Assembly (NCBI GenBank): GCA_047495785.1
Contig: JBLDXI010000064.1
Span: forward strand, 310,001 to 374,000
Length of the DNA stretch: 64,000 nt
DNA from: Lepidodermella squamata
Taxonomy: Eukaryota; Animalia; Gastrotricha
Direction of reading: 5' to 3'
The first letter of the stretch is position 1; every line of letters starts with the position of its first letter. The notes beneath the pieces were generated by a model. That model was not told the origin of the DNA, did no database searches, and was given only the letters and a program-made list of their open reading frames with translations. Positions 1-11,563 of the stretch are shown here, piece after piece. A program made the translations under genes and the position numbers.

Positions 1-90
1 CTATTAATCTGTAAACTGTCCTGCACTTACATGTTTCACTTTCAAATTACCTCTTGTCAAGCTGCCCTCTTCTGGGCGTTAAAGCTTATA

Positions 91-150
<60 letters not shown>
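91..150. repeat. (TAAA)n microsatellite
   Basis: Direct tandem TAAA run; it explains the YLFI repeat in ORF 57..383. Confidence 0.95.
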
Positions 151-154
<4 letters not shown>

Positions 155-164
155 AAATTATACG

Positions 165-570
165 TAGTACGAAGCTAAAGAAATATGTGAAGCAGAACAC
201 GGCCAGCTCGACATGTATCGAATCTCGCGGGATCTCAAACTGATCGTGCTGAACATTTGGCTTAGGCTGGTCAGGAGAAACGGCACTTTTTGGCGGCGGA
301 TAGCTGGCGGCATTTTCAAGGAGATACCAGGCGTTATGTGCATTTATTGGACTTGGAGGAGGAAATATGTTGAAACCGAACATGTAAACGCCTAGCCGTT
401 GGCAAGGACGTTTTATGTGAGGTTACGGCTGATTGAACGAAGATCAGATTTCCACCAAGGTGGATCGAAAGGTTGTAGCAAGCCTTAACTGGGCCGCAGG
501 CAAGCCATTCCGGGGTAGATGTTGTAGTGATAGCCTCCAGCAGCTGCCGTTATCTGTGTTATAGCGCTTC
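165..570 (-). pseudogene. Possible degenerate GPCR-like fragment (TM5-ICL3-TM6 region)
   Basis: Frame-switching hydrophobic pieces (YMFGFNIF...; ELAVFCFTYFFSFVL followed by a GT donor) with stops. Resemblance by eye only. Confidence 0.25.
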
Positions 571-815
571 CGTTAGAAGCAAAATAATTTCATAGATTTT
601 ATATCGTTTATTAAATATAATCACTGCAGAAACTAGGATGGCGCCCGTCTCCATTTTGTTGCTGGGAAGGCTAACAAAGAGGAAAAACGTTTTTTCAAGC
701 CTAGTTTATTCTACTGGTGTTTCCTTGCAGCAGCTCTCAAGTATGGTTAACATGCGAAGTACATTTTTAACAGTCATTTCAAAAGCTCAAAACGGCAGCC
801 TCAATGTCGTATCAC

Positions 816-3068
816 TCATTCAACATAGGTTTCGCACACTCCGTAGCCCAAACGATTGCCGCAAGGAAAAAATGCCATCAAAGATTGAATGACCCCGCAT
901 TTAGTAACATCTTTCGGAGACTGAAACAGCGTTTGATTGAATGTGAGAGCCGAACCGTCTGACCATTTAAGGACGCCGGACTCTGGAGCAAGGCCCACCC
1001 AAGCGCTGTCGCCGTTGGGTGCAACGCTGCCAACCAGGGCAAGGTCGGCAGCCGTTTTGACAGTTGCCAAGATGCCATCCAGTTGCGAGCAATATAAAGC
1101 GGCATCCTGGTGATTTATCCCATCAACGCCATTGCCAACCGAGAACAGCTGCTTTCGAGCGTTTTGACACTTCGATTCGCTGCTGAACAGAACATTTGCA
1201 GGAAAACGTTTCTCAGTGTTGTCGCCACAGCCGCTTGAGCTCGGCCGGCAGGTTACTGAACCATCGGCAGTTAGCAGGCAGCGATGAAAAGTGGTCTAAT
1301 AAAAAGAAAATATCAATCATTTGCCTACGAGTTCGTCCCGCGGTAAATAGGGCGTATTATAGCGCAAAAAACTGAAGTTCAGAAGTTCATTTTTCGCACA
1401 AGGTTATAGAGCCAAACAGTTCACGCTGCCTGGTATACATTTTGTTTGAAGAAAATTTGAGTTATCAGCATAAGAAAAAGAAATGAGCCATAGCTTTTCT
1501 AGCTGCCCTACAACGGTGGTTTTAATCTGTTTACTAAATTGTGGGAATCTCAAAATCTCCAACACAATTATGTTGTTAAAAAAAACCGAAATTCAATTAC
1601 CAATCAAATCATACAAAATCACTAATAAACGGAAAATGGCTGATGATCCGTTTTAATTCATGGTACATCAACACGCGTTGAATTTTTCAAATTTCGAAAA
1701 CCTGAAATTTTCAAAGAAATAAACTCACCGGAGGCGATATATCAGTCATGCATTTGTCGTGATTCAGCTGAAAGGTGACCAAGTTTGAGAACAGCTTAAC
1801 CTGTTATAGAGAAGCAGTTGCTACCGGAAAATCCGTGCTTTTGGTTCAGCGTTACCCGAATTTGATTTAGGGGACAAGCGGCTTAGCAAGACTGACGGTT
1901 AGATGAATCTTTGCACGAAACGGCATTCTGACAACCGAGAGTAAATGCCCCAATTGCGAAAACAGAAGAATAACTACTTACTCCGAGCAGGCAAGCTGCG
2001 CGGTTGACGTAGACTTTGCTCGAGTATTGCTGAGTTTCATTGCTGGCGAAACAGCCAGGGCTCTGCGGTCGGCAGTCGTTGAACTTTTTCGTCGCAGAAT
2101 CGAAGCAGCGGATGTGCGGCTTTTCGCTGACTGGAACTGTGACTGAAATGAAAAAAGGAAACTATTATCAATTTCTACCCAGGTTTGTACCCAATTTTTA
2201 AAATAATTCAAAATTAGATTTTTCAATTGTCATTCAGTTGATAAAAATCGAAACGAACCTGTTCCATTGGTGCATGCCGCAAGAGTTGAATACAGAGTCG
2301 ATTCAGTCACCTAAAAAAACCAGGAATCATCAAAGAATAAACACATCAACCCTTTCAAATCGCTTACCGAGTTGTTTGGGCAGGCGTACGGGTCCGGAGC
2401 ACAAGTCATGATGACGTTGTTCGAGGTGCAACGCCTGAATTTTGAAGTCTGAAATTATAAAAAGATAAAGCATAATCTATAATGGCCTTTAGTTTTCGGA
2501 ATTCTCACCTCGAATGCAGCCTTCTTCTTCTCGCATTCGTTGAGGTTGAATTTCAAACTCAACGTCGGTTTTTGATCATCGAACCAGAACGTCTGGAGCA
2601 GCAAAATAAAATGATAGTCTCATGCGTAATTACTGACTCATCGAACGAGGCTTACATTCATGTCACCCTGGTTGTTACAGCCAATGTTACCAGGTACGCA
2701 AAACGGGGTAAGAGCCTCGTATTTGTAGCACATCCTGGCGTTCTATAAATAAAACAGACAACGATGAACATCAATTTAGCAGAGAAGTTAACAGACTCCG
2801 GTGTTGCAGATCCCGGCTGTTCGGAAGGTTGAGCCCAACTATCAATAGAGAAATATTTCTATTGATTAGCTCTCCGGAGAAATTTCACAGTAAAAACCTG
2901 ATATTCGGCGAGTGGATCACAGCCTTTAGCAGCTGATACGCAGCTGGTGAATTGGTTGCTGAACTGCGAGAAGCACCGAACACTTGTCACAGCAACCTCT
3001 TTACCCAAAGCCTTGTTGCTTGGTGCTAGCATGAGGGCTAGCAGCAGAGCGTGGAAATTCGAAGCCAT
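816..3068 (-). pseudogene. Secreted four-Cys-module x6 + C-type lectin gene with premature stop (10 exons)
   Basis: Signal peptide MASNFHALLLALMLAP. Exon-by-exon paralogy with 33495..35766. C-terminal CTLD (WVGL...WSDGS...CETYVE*). In-frame TAA at 1883-1885 where the paralog has TAC. Confidence 0.8.
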
Positions 3069-3986
3069 GTTATCGTATTAACTTTGAAAACAAATACCTA
3101 AGCTAAAAATTCACGTTATGAAAATTATAACTAAAGAACTGTGAATTACGGTGCCATACTTTATATAGTGAATTTGTGCGACCTGAATTTGAAAAAAGTT
3201 TGGCACGCGACTACATTATTGATCAACCAACGCTCTATCCGCCCATTAGCAAAATTGACTATTTTAAAAAAATCGACAGACTAAAAATTCCCTTTTCCAA
3301 TTATTTTAATTTCGGCTGAAAAATATTAGATTTCACGGTCTATCGACAGAGCTCATATCCATGTTTAAGGCTCGCATGATTAGTTTTCTAGAATTAGTTG
3401 AAAACAGCTGTTTAGCAAACTTTCGGCGAATTTGCCATTCTTTTGCCGCGGTTGGCTCTTCAGGAAATTGTTTGAATATTCTAAGAAAATTAGTTTATCA
3501 ATATTGAGAACTTTCCCTATCCAACGATATAAATTTCGTCAGTTAAATATTTTATTTTGATTTTCCGAGATTTTAAGGTCGTTCAAACTTGGACATAGAG
3601 TGGACATAGAGTTGGTTAGAGTTCTTTTTGGGTCCCGTCGTTGTTGTTATGAACTGGCTAAAAAAATAATTATTTAGACGGAATCAGGCATTTCGAACTT
3701 GATTTCAATGCTCTTTGGGTGGCCGCTAATTCGCCAATCTTATTCCAGGCATATATTTTTAGGTTTCTAACAAATATAGCTCTTTTCAATTATAGATAAA
3801 TGAATAAAGGCTGATGATACAGCTACTAGCATTTATTCTCAGGAATGAAATCATAATTTGCCAAATAAATAATAGCTGAACTCAAAGAATACGACGTGGC
3901 TAGTCATTGTTTGAAGTAACGTCAGCAGTTTATTAGTAACCAGCAGTCGTTAATGAAGATGGGCAACTGACTGGCGGCTTGTTAAC

Positions 3987-6900
3987 CTAATGCGTGCCAG
4001 TCGTGAAAGCGGCGCAGTTGATTTCGACGATTCGCATTTCTTCAAAACTCAGAACCTTGTTGAATAAGTTCAGGCAAGCCAAACTGCCCAATAGCTGGTC
4101 TTGCTGGCCTGACCATGAACTGTCAAATGGAAGTGAATGAACCATGCTTTACTCATTAAAAAAGTTAAGCTGAAACTAACCGCCCTAGGCTGAATTCCCC
4201 GCTAGCCGTGAGAGGCCGCGAGCTGCTTCCAAGCAATCCACCCTCCGTTTGGATATAGAATCTCAGCTCATTGTTGTTGGAATTGTACGTTATCGTCAGA
4301 AACTGCCATGCCATTGTTGATGGTGCCTGGATCGATTGAGAAATAAAAGAGCTACCATACGGCCGAATTTGATACGTTCCGCCACTTTTCTGTAGTTTAA
4401 GTCCTGGCGTCCCTTCATTTGGGGCAAATTCGAATATCGAGCCGCTCGCGCCGTCTGGAATGGTGGCTAGTAGAGTGAGGGTAAAACTGCCAGTGCTTAG
4501 CTTGGCTTTATCAGCAACTACAGCTATTAGTTCGGTTGTATTGAGATAGAAGGCCGTGTTGGGTACGCCGAACGGTCCAGTAACTTGTAGAAGAGGCGTG
4601 TTTGGGGCCGTCGCGTCAGCTCTGGGCTCGACTACGTCATTGAAATCAGTAACCAGCGGCCAAAGAGCTGTGTTCGACTGTAGGATAGCTTTCAAATTCT
4701 CAGGGGCCCAAGTTTGTCCAGCATGAATTTGTAAGCATCTCCTTCGAAGTATCCACAACTGCTGGATTGTTAGGGCTTTGTTGTATATCGATAAGCAGGA
4801 AACTCCACCGAAGAGCGGGGCTTCGGCCAAGGAAATGGCGCCAATGTTCATTTTAGTGCTAGTAACTGGCGGTTCCACGCTCACCATGTAGGTGAGGCTG
4901 TCGCAAACTATTGTCAGTTGACTGGAGGCACGGTCGTAAGTGACAGCGACAAAAATCCAAGCTGGAAAATCTTTTCCGATAGCAAGGCATTGAAATGATT
5001 TAACCGCTGACTCGGAATCTGTAAAAAGAATTTGACGAACCCGTAAAAAAGCTTCAAGAATGTGAACGAGCTAAAAATGATTATGAAAACAGTGAAATGA
5101 ATACAAATGAATACGTATAAATGAATGGCAGAAAGGTATAGGTAATCTATTCAGCAATAAGCAAATTCATTTGAAACAAATTCACAGGCTGAACCATTTA
5201 TAGTTTACAGGGCCTCTGTCTCATGGCTAAAACTGAAGTTGAACCGACAGAATTATGAGTAATATTTTCAGCGACACGCCAAAACAACCGCTTTGATGAC
5301 TCATTCGATCGTACTTTGACGAGCCTAACGTAAAGAGGGAGTACGTTCGGCTTATTTGTGCACTCATCGTACTTATCGTAACTTGATTTTACGTTCAAGG
5401 GTCGAACGTACTTTCCATTAATAAGCTATAAATAGTAAAGTGGTTGTTTTGGCGCGTCGCTGAAAATATTACTCATAATTCTGTCGCTTCCGATATAAAC
5501 AGACAGATCACCATCAACTTGTAAGCATTATTTTTTATCAGTTGCTCACCGGTGTATATGAGCAGCGTGTTGTTCGAAGACGCATACAAAATGCGGAATA
5601 GCAGTGCCGTGTCGTAGAACACAAAGATCGGCGATAGAAAAGCTTTCGATCGGCTATTCAGGCCGACAAAAATTGAAATTGTGAAAGACGATTGGGTGAA
5701 GTCGAGCTTGCTACTCTCTATTACCACATAGCCTGCTGTGCCACCAGTATCGAGCCTAGTATTTGCGAATGCGAAGGGGCCAGTTGAGAAAAAAGACCCT
5801 GCAGCCCTTGCACTGACGCTATTTCCGCTAATATCATTCGTGTTATAGGTTTCTGTCAGCGGTAAGTAAGCCAAATCCTTTGGCAGTCCGAAGGGCATCT
5901 CTGAAAATGACAGCTGAATCATATCCATCACGAAATTCCGACCAACTCACGTTGCTCGCATAGCTCAAAGGTGCTGAACAATAAACCATTAGATACCTGA
6001 ATGAGACCAGCCAGGTTCTACATTACGATTTCATCAAGATATCAAATTATTCTCACATAATTTTCAGGGCAGCCGTTATCAGAGGGCACACATTGATATA
6101 GCATCAACACTTGATTCGTGCACAAGATGTACTATATAGGAGAGAAAAAACAATCATTCAGGTTTCAGGTTCAGTTCGAGTACTAAGCTATTCATTTAAA
6201 ACGAATTCAAGTAGTAAAAAAGTTGTGAAGAAAAATTTTCGCAGTTTTCTTTATTATGTTTGCTTACCGTAAATACCGAATTAGAAGGATATAATTTAGG
6301 GATATAACAGACCAAAATAATTACCGTATTCTACCAGATTCAGTCATTGCCCCTGAAATAAATTATTACTTACGAATGATGCTCCCCAGGCGGCATAATT
6401 ATCGGAATATGTCCCAGTGGCGAAAACAGTATTCTGAAAATACCGATTGCAACTAGTTAACGAAAAATGTGGACAGTGACAAACCGTAAGCTCTCCTTGC
6501 GGGCAATTAGGCGAGTCCTGGCATGATCTCGCAACGGCGCATCGATAGGCACTCTGAAAGACTGGATGATAAAACTAACGCGTGAAAGTGATTATCCATA
6601 CCGCATTATTGCATGCAATCTCGGACGTATAAGTGACGTCTCCAACCTAATGAAAACGTTGAAGCACAGCCAAGCAGCGCAACGCTTCAACTTACAGAAA
6701 TTGATGGGCTGATACAAGATTGGAAACAGCCAGTATATGATTTGTCGCCAGCGTTGTAACAATGCACGTAAATGGTTGCTAGTGACATCAAAAAGTCAAA
6801 GTCAGCAATCGAGGTGAATATCAAAGCTGTGAAGACAAACTTATTTTGCAGATTGCGAACGAGTCAAAGCTAGCACTATCCAGGCTTGCGGTCTGAAAAG

Positions 6901-9357
6901 TAATATTATCCTAATCGGAATTTTGTTGAGAGAAACTTACAGTCGATGCTGGGCAGTCCGCGCTGGTTGGGACGCATACAGCGAGCGTATTCGATTTCGG
7001 CTGGAAGCAACGTTTATGCTTCCCCTTGAGTGAAATTATGGCGCTTAAAATAATCCGTGATGACGATTCAAATTGTATACCTGGGTTGCAGCAAGGCAGG
7101 CCTGGAAACTGTTAACGAACGCCGTAGAGCTTGATCCGACGATTCCAACCTATAAAATTTTGAGTTCAACATTAAACTAGAATAAGATAATGCGTGCTAT
7201 CACGTCATATTTCCCGGCGCCGCTCGGGCACGATTCAAGGCAACTGCCACCGCTCGAAGCATCGTAACACATTCTGATAGGCTGATAGGAAACTTTTAAG
7301 TCATGGCTTGATAATTGATGAAATAAGACTAAACCCCTGTTTCGCAAGCAGTTTTCGTCGCGAAGATCGTAAGGCTTTCGAACTGTTTTAGAAAACAAAA
7401 TATTCAGATGTCAAATAAAAAATGGGATCCTACAACGGATTCATCGCATGGCATCGGAGCAGGCTTGCATCCAGAAAAAGTTGACCCAGTTGGACCAAAA
7501 CAGCGTCGATGAGGAAAATAGGACCTTGGGGCTGTAATAGACTCGATTAGACTGTGAAATATTGATGTTAATTCGTCAACGAGCCAGATTCGCATTCGCC
7601 AAGGTTGGTGAATGTGACGCCGGTCGATAATTGGCTTGTGCTACCAACCGGACAGGTTTGAGAGCCATCAGTAGGGATGCATTTGGTGAGAGCATAATTC
7701 AGTGCATTTAGGCAAAATTGATGCGGTTTCTAAACGATGCATTTATTTTCATGTTATCAGGTCATGAAAGTACCATGTAATTCGCTAGATAACCCAGGCA
7801 CTGAGCGTAATTCGACTCGAAATCGTCCATGTCGCTGAAAGTCGCCATCTGAAGAAGAGTAACGGATACAGAATCGACAATGCAATTGAAATAGCTCACC
7901 AGACTCATTGGCGATCGGCAAATGCTGCGGCAAACGAAGGTCGATGTGGATTTGCATAGCGTAGCAGGCTTCGGGAATGTAAAAGGGAATGAGCTATTTT
8001 CCCTAAAAAACCTCATCAAAATACCCCAGCAGAGCAATGTTTCTTGTCAATGTAGATTCCACCGCTAAAAATCTTGAAACGAAATGATTATACTCTCAAA
8101 TGTCTAATGTCTGAAAGCACTGAACCTGTGTTTGTGTGGTCGCGTTACATCCCGGTGTAGCTAATCGGCAGCCAGCGAATGAGCGATCCCAGTTTGAGAA
8201 ACACCGAACATGAGGCGAGTAGTCTGAACTCCTGACAGCTAAATTAATTCAAAATAGGTAATATGTTCAACCAAATCGCGAGTTTTGAATTTTGAATCTT
8301 GTTTAATTAACATTCACTGCAATTATCATTATCTTCAATTGTCAATATTTTCTTGGAAATTGTTGAGAAAATTAAATGGTAACCAAAATGTCATTCTTCA
8401 ATTTTAATGGATAATCTCGCAGCCGTAAAACATTTTTTGAGCGTCCAATATTTCTTCGATTATTATTATTTGAATTTCAGAATCTTTCGATAATAACGAT
8501 AACAGTTCCAGTTTAGTTTCGCTTTTCTACTATTAGGGTGTAGGAATTTTGAATGCTGAAATATAGGCGCGATTTAACCGTTTGAATTTTAGACTTCGTG
8601 GACTCAAACTGGATGAGTTTGATACGAACCTTGAATTTGCCTCAAACACTCGTTCAAGCTGGATATCAGGCCCGATTCGCGCTGACACGAAACAGAAAAA
8701 TCATTAACAATGTAAATTGCTGGAAATCTCACCCAGCCTGGCGGGCAATTGCAGTCGATAGGCACGCAAGACATCGTTGAATTGACCCAGCATTTTCTCG
8801 CTGGTTTTTCCTGTGGAGCATTAAGAGGAAAAAACCAAGAGAAAATGGCCAAAAATACCATGTAGGACCGAGTAATGTTAATGCAGGTAGCATAACGCGG
8901 TTCGAACTTAAAACCCACAAATTCTAGATGCTATGAAATAAATGAAAAAATAAGATAATAATTTAATTATCGAAAAATACCGGAATTTCGTCCTTCGAAC
9001 AAGACACGAATTTAGGCAGACATCTCAGCGTGAACTGCTTCGGGTTGAAACAGCTATGTAACAACGCCGGCTGAAATAAGAAATTACGTCAAGATATGAT
9101 GAGATTCTTCAAATCGACTTACGCTTTTCTTACATCCCGCATAATCGGGATATGTTGGGCCAAGAAGCTTTTCGCGATAAATGTTTCAAAGCTTTTGGCT
9201 GTTGGGGCAGCATAAATCTCACCTGAGTTTCTTCGAATAGAGAGCAATCGCCTTTGCAATCTATGAAATCGTCGTTCCATCGCGATATACATCGCTTGTA
9301 GCAGTCAACGCCGCTAAAAGCGAAGACTAAGATTAAACTGGCCGTTATTAAATTCAT
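3987..9357 (-). CDS. Secreted protein: signal peptide, ~12 four-Cys modules, 2 LamG/pentraxin-like domains (>20 short exons)
   Basis: Spliced by hand from MNLITASLILVFAFSGVDC to ...INCAAFTTGTH*. LamG motifs SFTISIFV/WIFVAVTYD/CLSIYNKALT and SFTLTLL/WQFLTITYN/ACLNLFNKVLS. One donor near 7584 reads GC. Confidence 0.75.
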
Positions 9358-9754
9358 CTATTCAATTGTGAGTGGAAAAACCAAATGAATAAAGAAGAAA
9401 AATGATAGCTGCTCGGCTTCGGTTATTGTCCACCGCCGTCATTAGTGGTGAAACGTGGCGTTTCGAACTCGCTCGTGCGAAATCACACAAAAACTGATGA
9501 TGCAATTTTCCCATTTACTGCCGTTTTTTTTGTGACGCTGTTTTGTCAAGTTCAAGGTCAACGAGAAGCAGACAATTTAACCGGACTGAACTAAAATAAA
9601 ATAATAAGCGAAATGTGACTCTTTATCAATAGACAATTCTCCTACAAATAAATAAAATCGATGGAGAGCATTATTCGGCGACTGGTCGTTTCCAGTTAAA
9701 AAATGTCAAACCCGAGGACAAATCTTCGATAGCATACACAGCACGCGTTAATGC

Positions 9755-10093
9755 TGTTGAGTGGTCTCCATGGGGACCGCTCAAAAATGAGAATTTCCCG
9801 AAGTCTAATAAAATGAATATAAGGTCTTTTGACATATAGGTATTTCACGGTCCTTAGGCTTGTGTTTTGGATATTTTATCGGCCTTTCTCTAATCGCGCG
9901 GAAAAAAGGTGGATACCGATGGAATTTACTTAGGTCAAACGCTCATCATTACATTTGGCATTCCCACACGTACGATGCGATGTACTGGGGGAATGAGGGG
10001 TATCGTACCCCCAGTTCAGCAGCCCTAGGTAGCAACCACAAAAAGGACATTTGGCCACAATTCAAGGAGTTCCATTTAAATGGAATCTTCTAA
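9755..10093. mobile_element. Probable non-autonomous repeat with terminal hairpins (Helitron/Helentron-like?)
   Basis: Hairpin GAGTGGTCTCCATGGGGACCGCTC near the left end and TTCCATTTAAATGGAA just before the right end. It abuts the point where homology of the 10099..10593 cassette stops. Confidence 0.3.
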
Positions 10094-10098
10094 TCTAC

Positions 10099-10593
10099 CA
10101 TGTAGGGCTGAATTTGCTTGATGCAGTCATTGTAACTCGGCTTAAATGCCAAACCTGTGAAATCTCGGTGCTGTGAAAATAATTCGAAAATATAAAATAT
10201 ATCCATGCTTTATTGAAAAAGGTACCGGAATTTCGTCATTCGAACAAGACGCGAATTGCGGCAGGCATCTCAACGTGAACTGCTTAGTGTTATAACAGCT
10301 ATGAGCCCACTGAGAATAGGAAATTGGTCAAACAGAAAAATAGATTCGATAAATCGACATACGCCTTGCTTACACCCAGCATAATCAGGAAATATTGGTC
10401 CAAGCTATTCGCGAGAATGAGTTTCAAAGCTGTCGGGGGTAGAGTCAATTTTTACCTGAGTTTCTTCGAATAGAGAGCATTTGCCTTTGCAATCTATGAA
10501 TTTGTCGTTGCATCGCGATATGCATCGCTTGTAGCCATTGCCGCCGCTAAAAGCCAATGCTAGGATTAAGCTGGCTGTTAATTGTAAATTCAT
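10099..10593 (-). other. Four-exon duplicated 5' cassette (signal peptide + 2 four-Cys modules); truncated gene or alternative 5' end
   Basis: Exons MNLQLTAS...EETQ / LGPIFPDYAGCKQG / WAHSCYN...DEIP / HRDF...QPYM are all open with GT-AG sites. Closest to the 5' end of gene 15182..21325. Confidence 0.75.
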
Positions 10594-11105
10594 ATGTAGA
10601 TGCTTCAGTGGAAAAGCGGATGATTTTCACAATTTTCACGTTTCGTTATTCGTTAATTTTTGTCCACCGCGACGTTTCGGACTCGCGCGTGCAATCTCAA
10701 AAAGAAACTGATGATGTCATGGCCGGCTGAGATTGTCCAGCTGACTTTATTTTTTTGTCAACAAAATTCAAGTTCAACATGGCGCAGACAATTTTATTTT
10801 CGGGTTAAAAAGCGAACTGAAATGGACTAATAACCGAAATAACCTTTATCAATGGAATTTTTCGAATGAATTGAAACGTTTTGGAGGCGGAGCTTAGAGG
10901 TTCAACGATATGTGATGGTTTTAGTATCCTCGATTGTTTGATTGGAGATTGGATTAAGATATTAAATAACATATAACGAATCATCCAACTCAGCGAATTC
11001 ATTATTTCATTTGTTTCTTCGAATATTTGATATGGAGTTAATAATATGTTGACTTGGAATTAGATAATGTAGCGAAAAATTGGGCATTTCCAGCGTGGAA
11101 AGTAG

Positions 11106-11455
11106 CGCCAGGGACGCCAGGGACGACGAGGGTAGTACCAGGGACGCGTCCCTGGTAGGTTTAGGAGTCGAGGCGTCCCCACCAGGGACGCCGTAGTACC
11201 TGGTAGGTTAGCATTTTCTTTCGATAAAAACCACTTTTGAGCTATGGAACAGCTTAACAGCAGTCACCGAAACTGCCCCAGCAGTCACCGAAACAAGAAT
11301 ATTTCGATAAAAACCACTTTTGAGCTATGGAACAGCTTAACCTAGCCCCAGCAGTCACCAAAACAAGAATATTGTCTTTCGATAAAAAAAACGTTTGAGC
11401 TATGGGGCAGCTTGAGCTAGTCACCAAGCTAGTCACCCCAGCAGTCACCAAAAAC
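11106..11455. repeat. hAT subterminal repeats (CCAGGGACG, CAGCAGTCACC, ~90-bp units)
   Basis: Multiple direct and inverted copies; GCGTCCCTGGTAGGTT recurs near the right end (~14488). Confidence 0.85.
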
Positions 11456-11563
11456 AGTTTCAAACAAACTAGTTTAGTTGGTATGTTAAACTTGGTTAAC
11501 TTTCATCATTTCAAGATCTAAATACGAACTTTCAACGATTTTTCTAATAGTGCTTAATCGTAA

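Noticed and set aside
57-383. 108-aa ORF with YLFI repeats
   Set aside because: The C-terminus is the translated (TAAA)n microsatellite.
11215-11455. Spaced repeats resembling a CRISPR array
   Set aside because: Irregular units without unique spacers; they are hAT subterminal repeats in a eukaryotic context.
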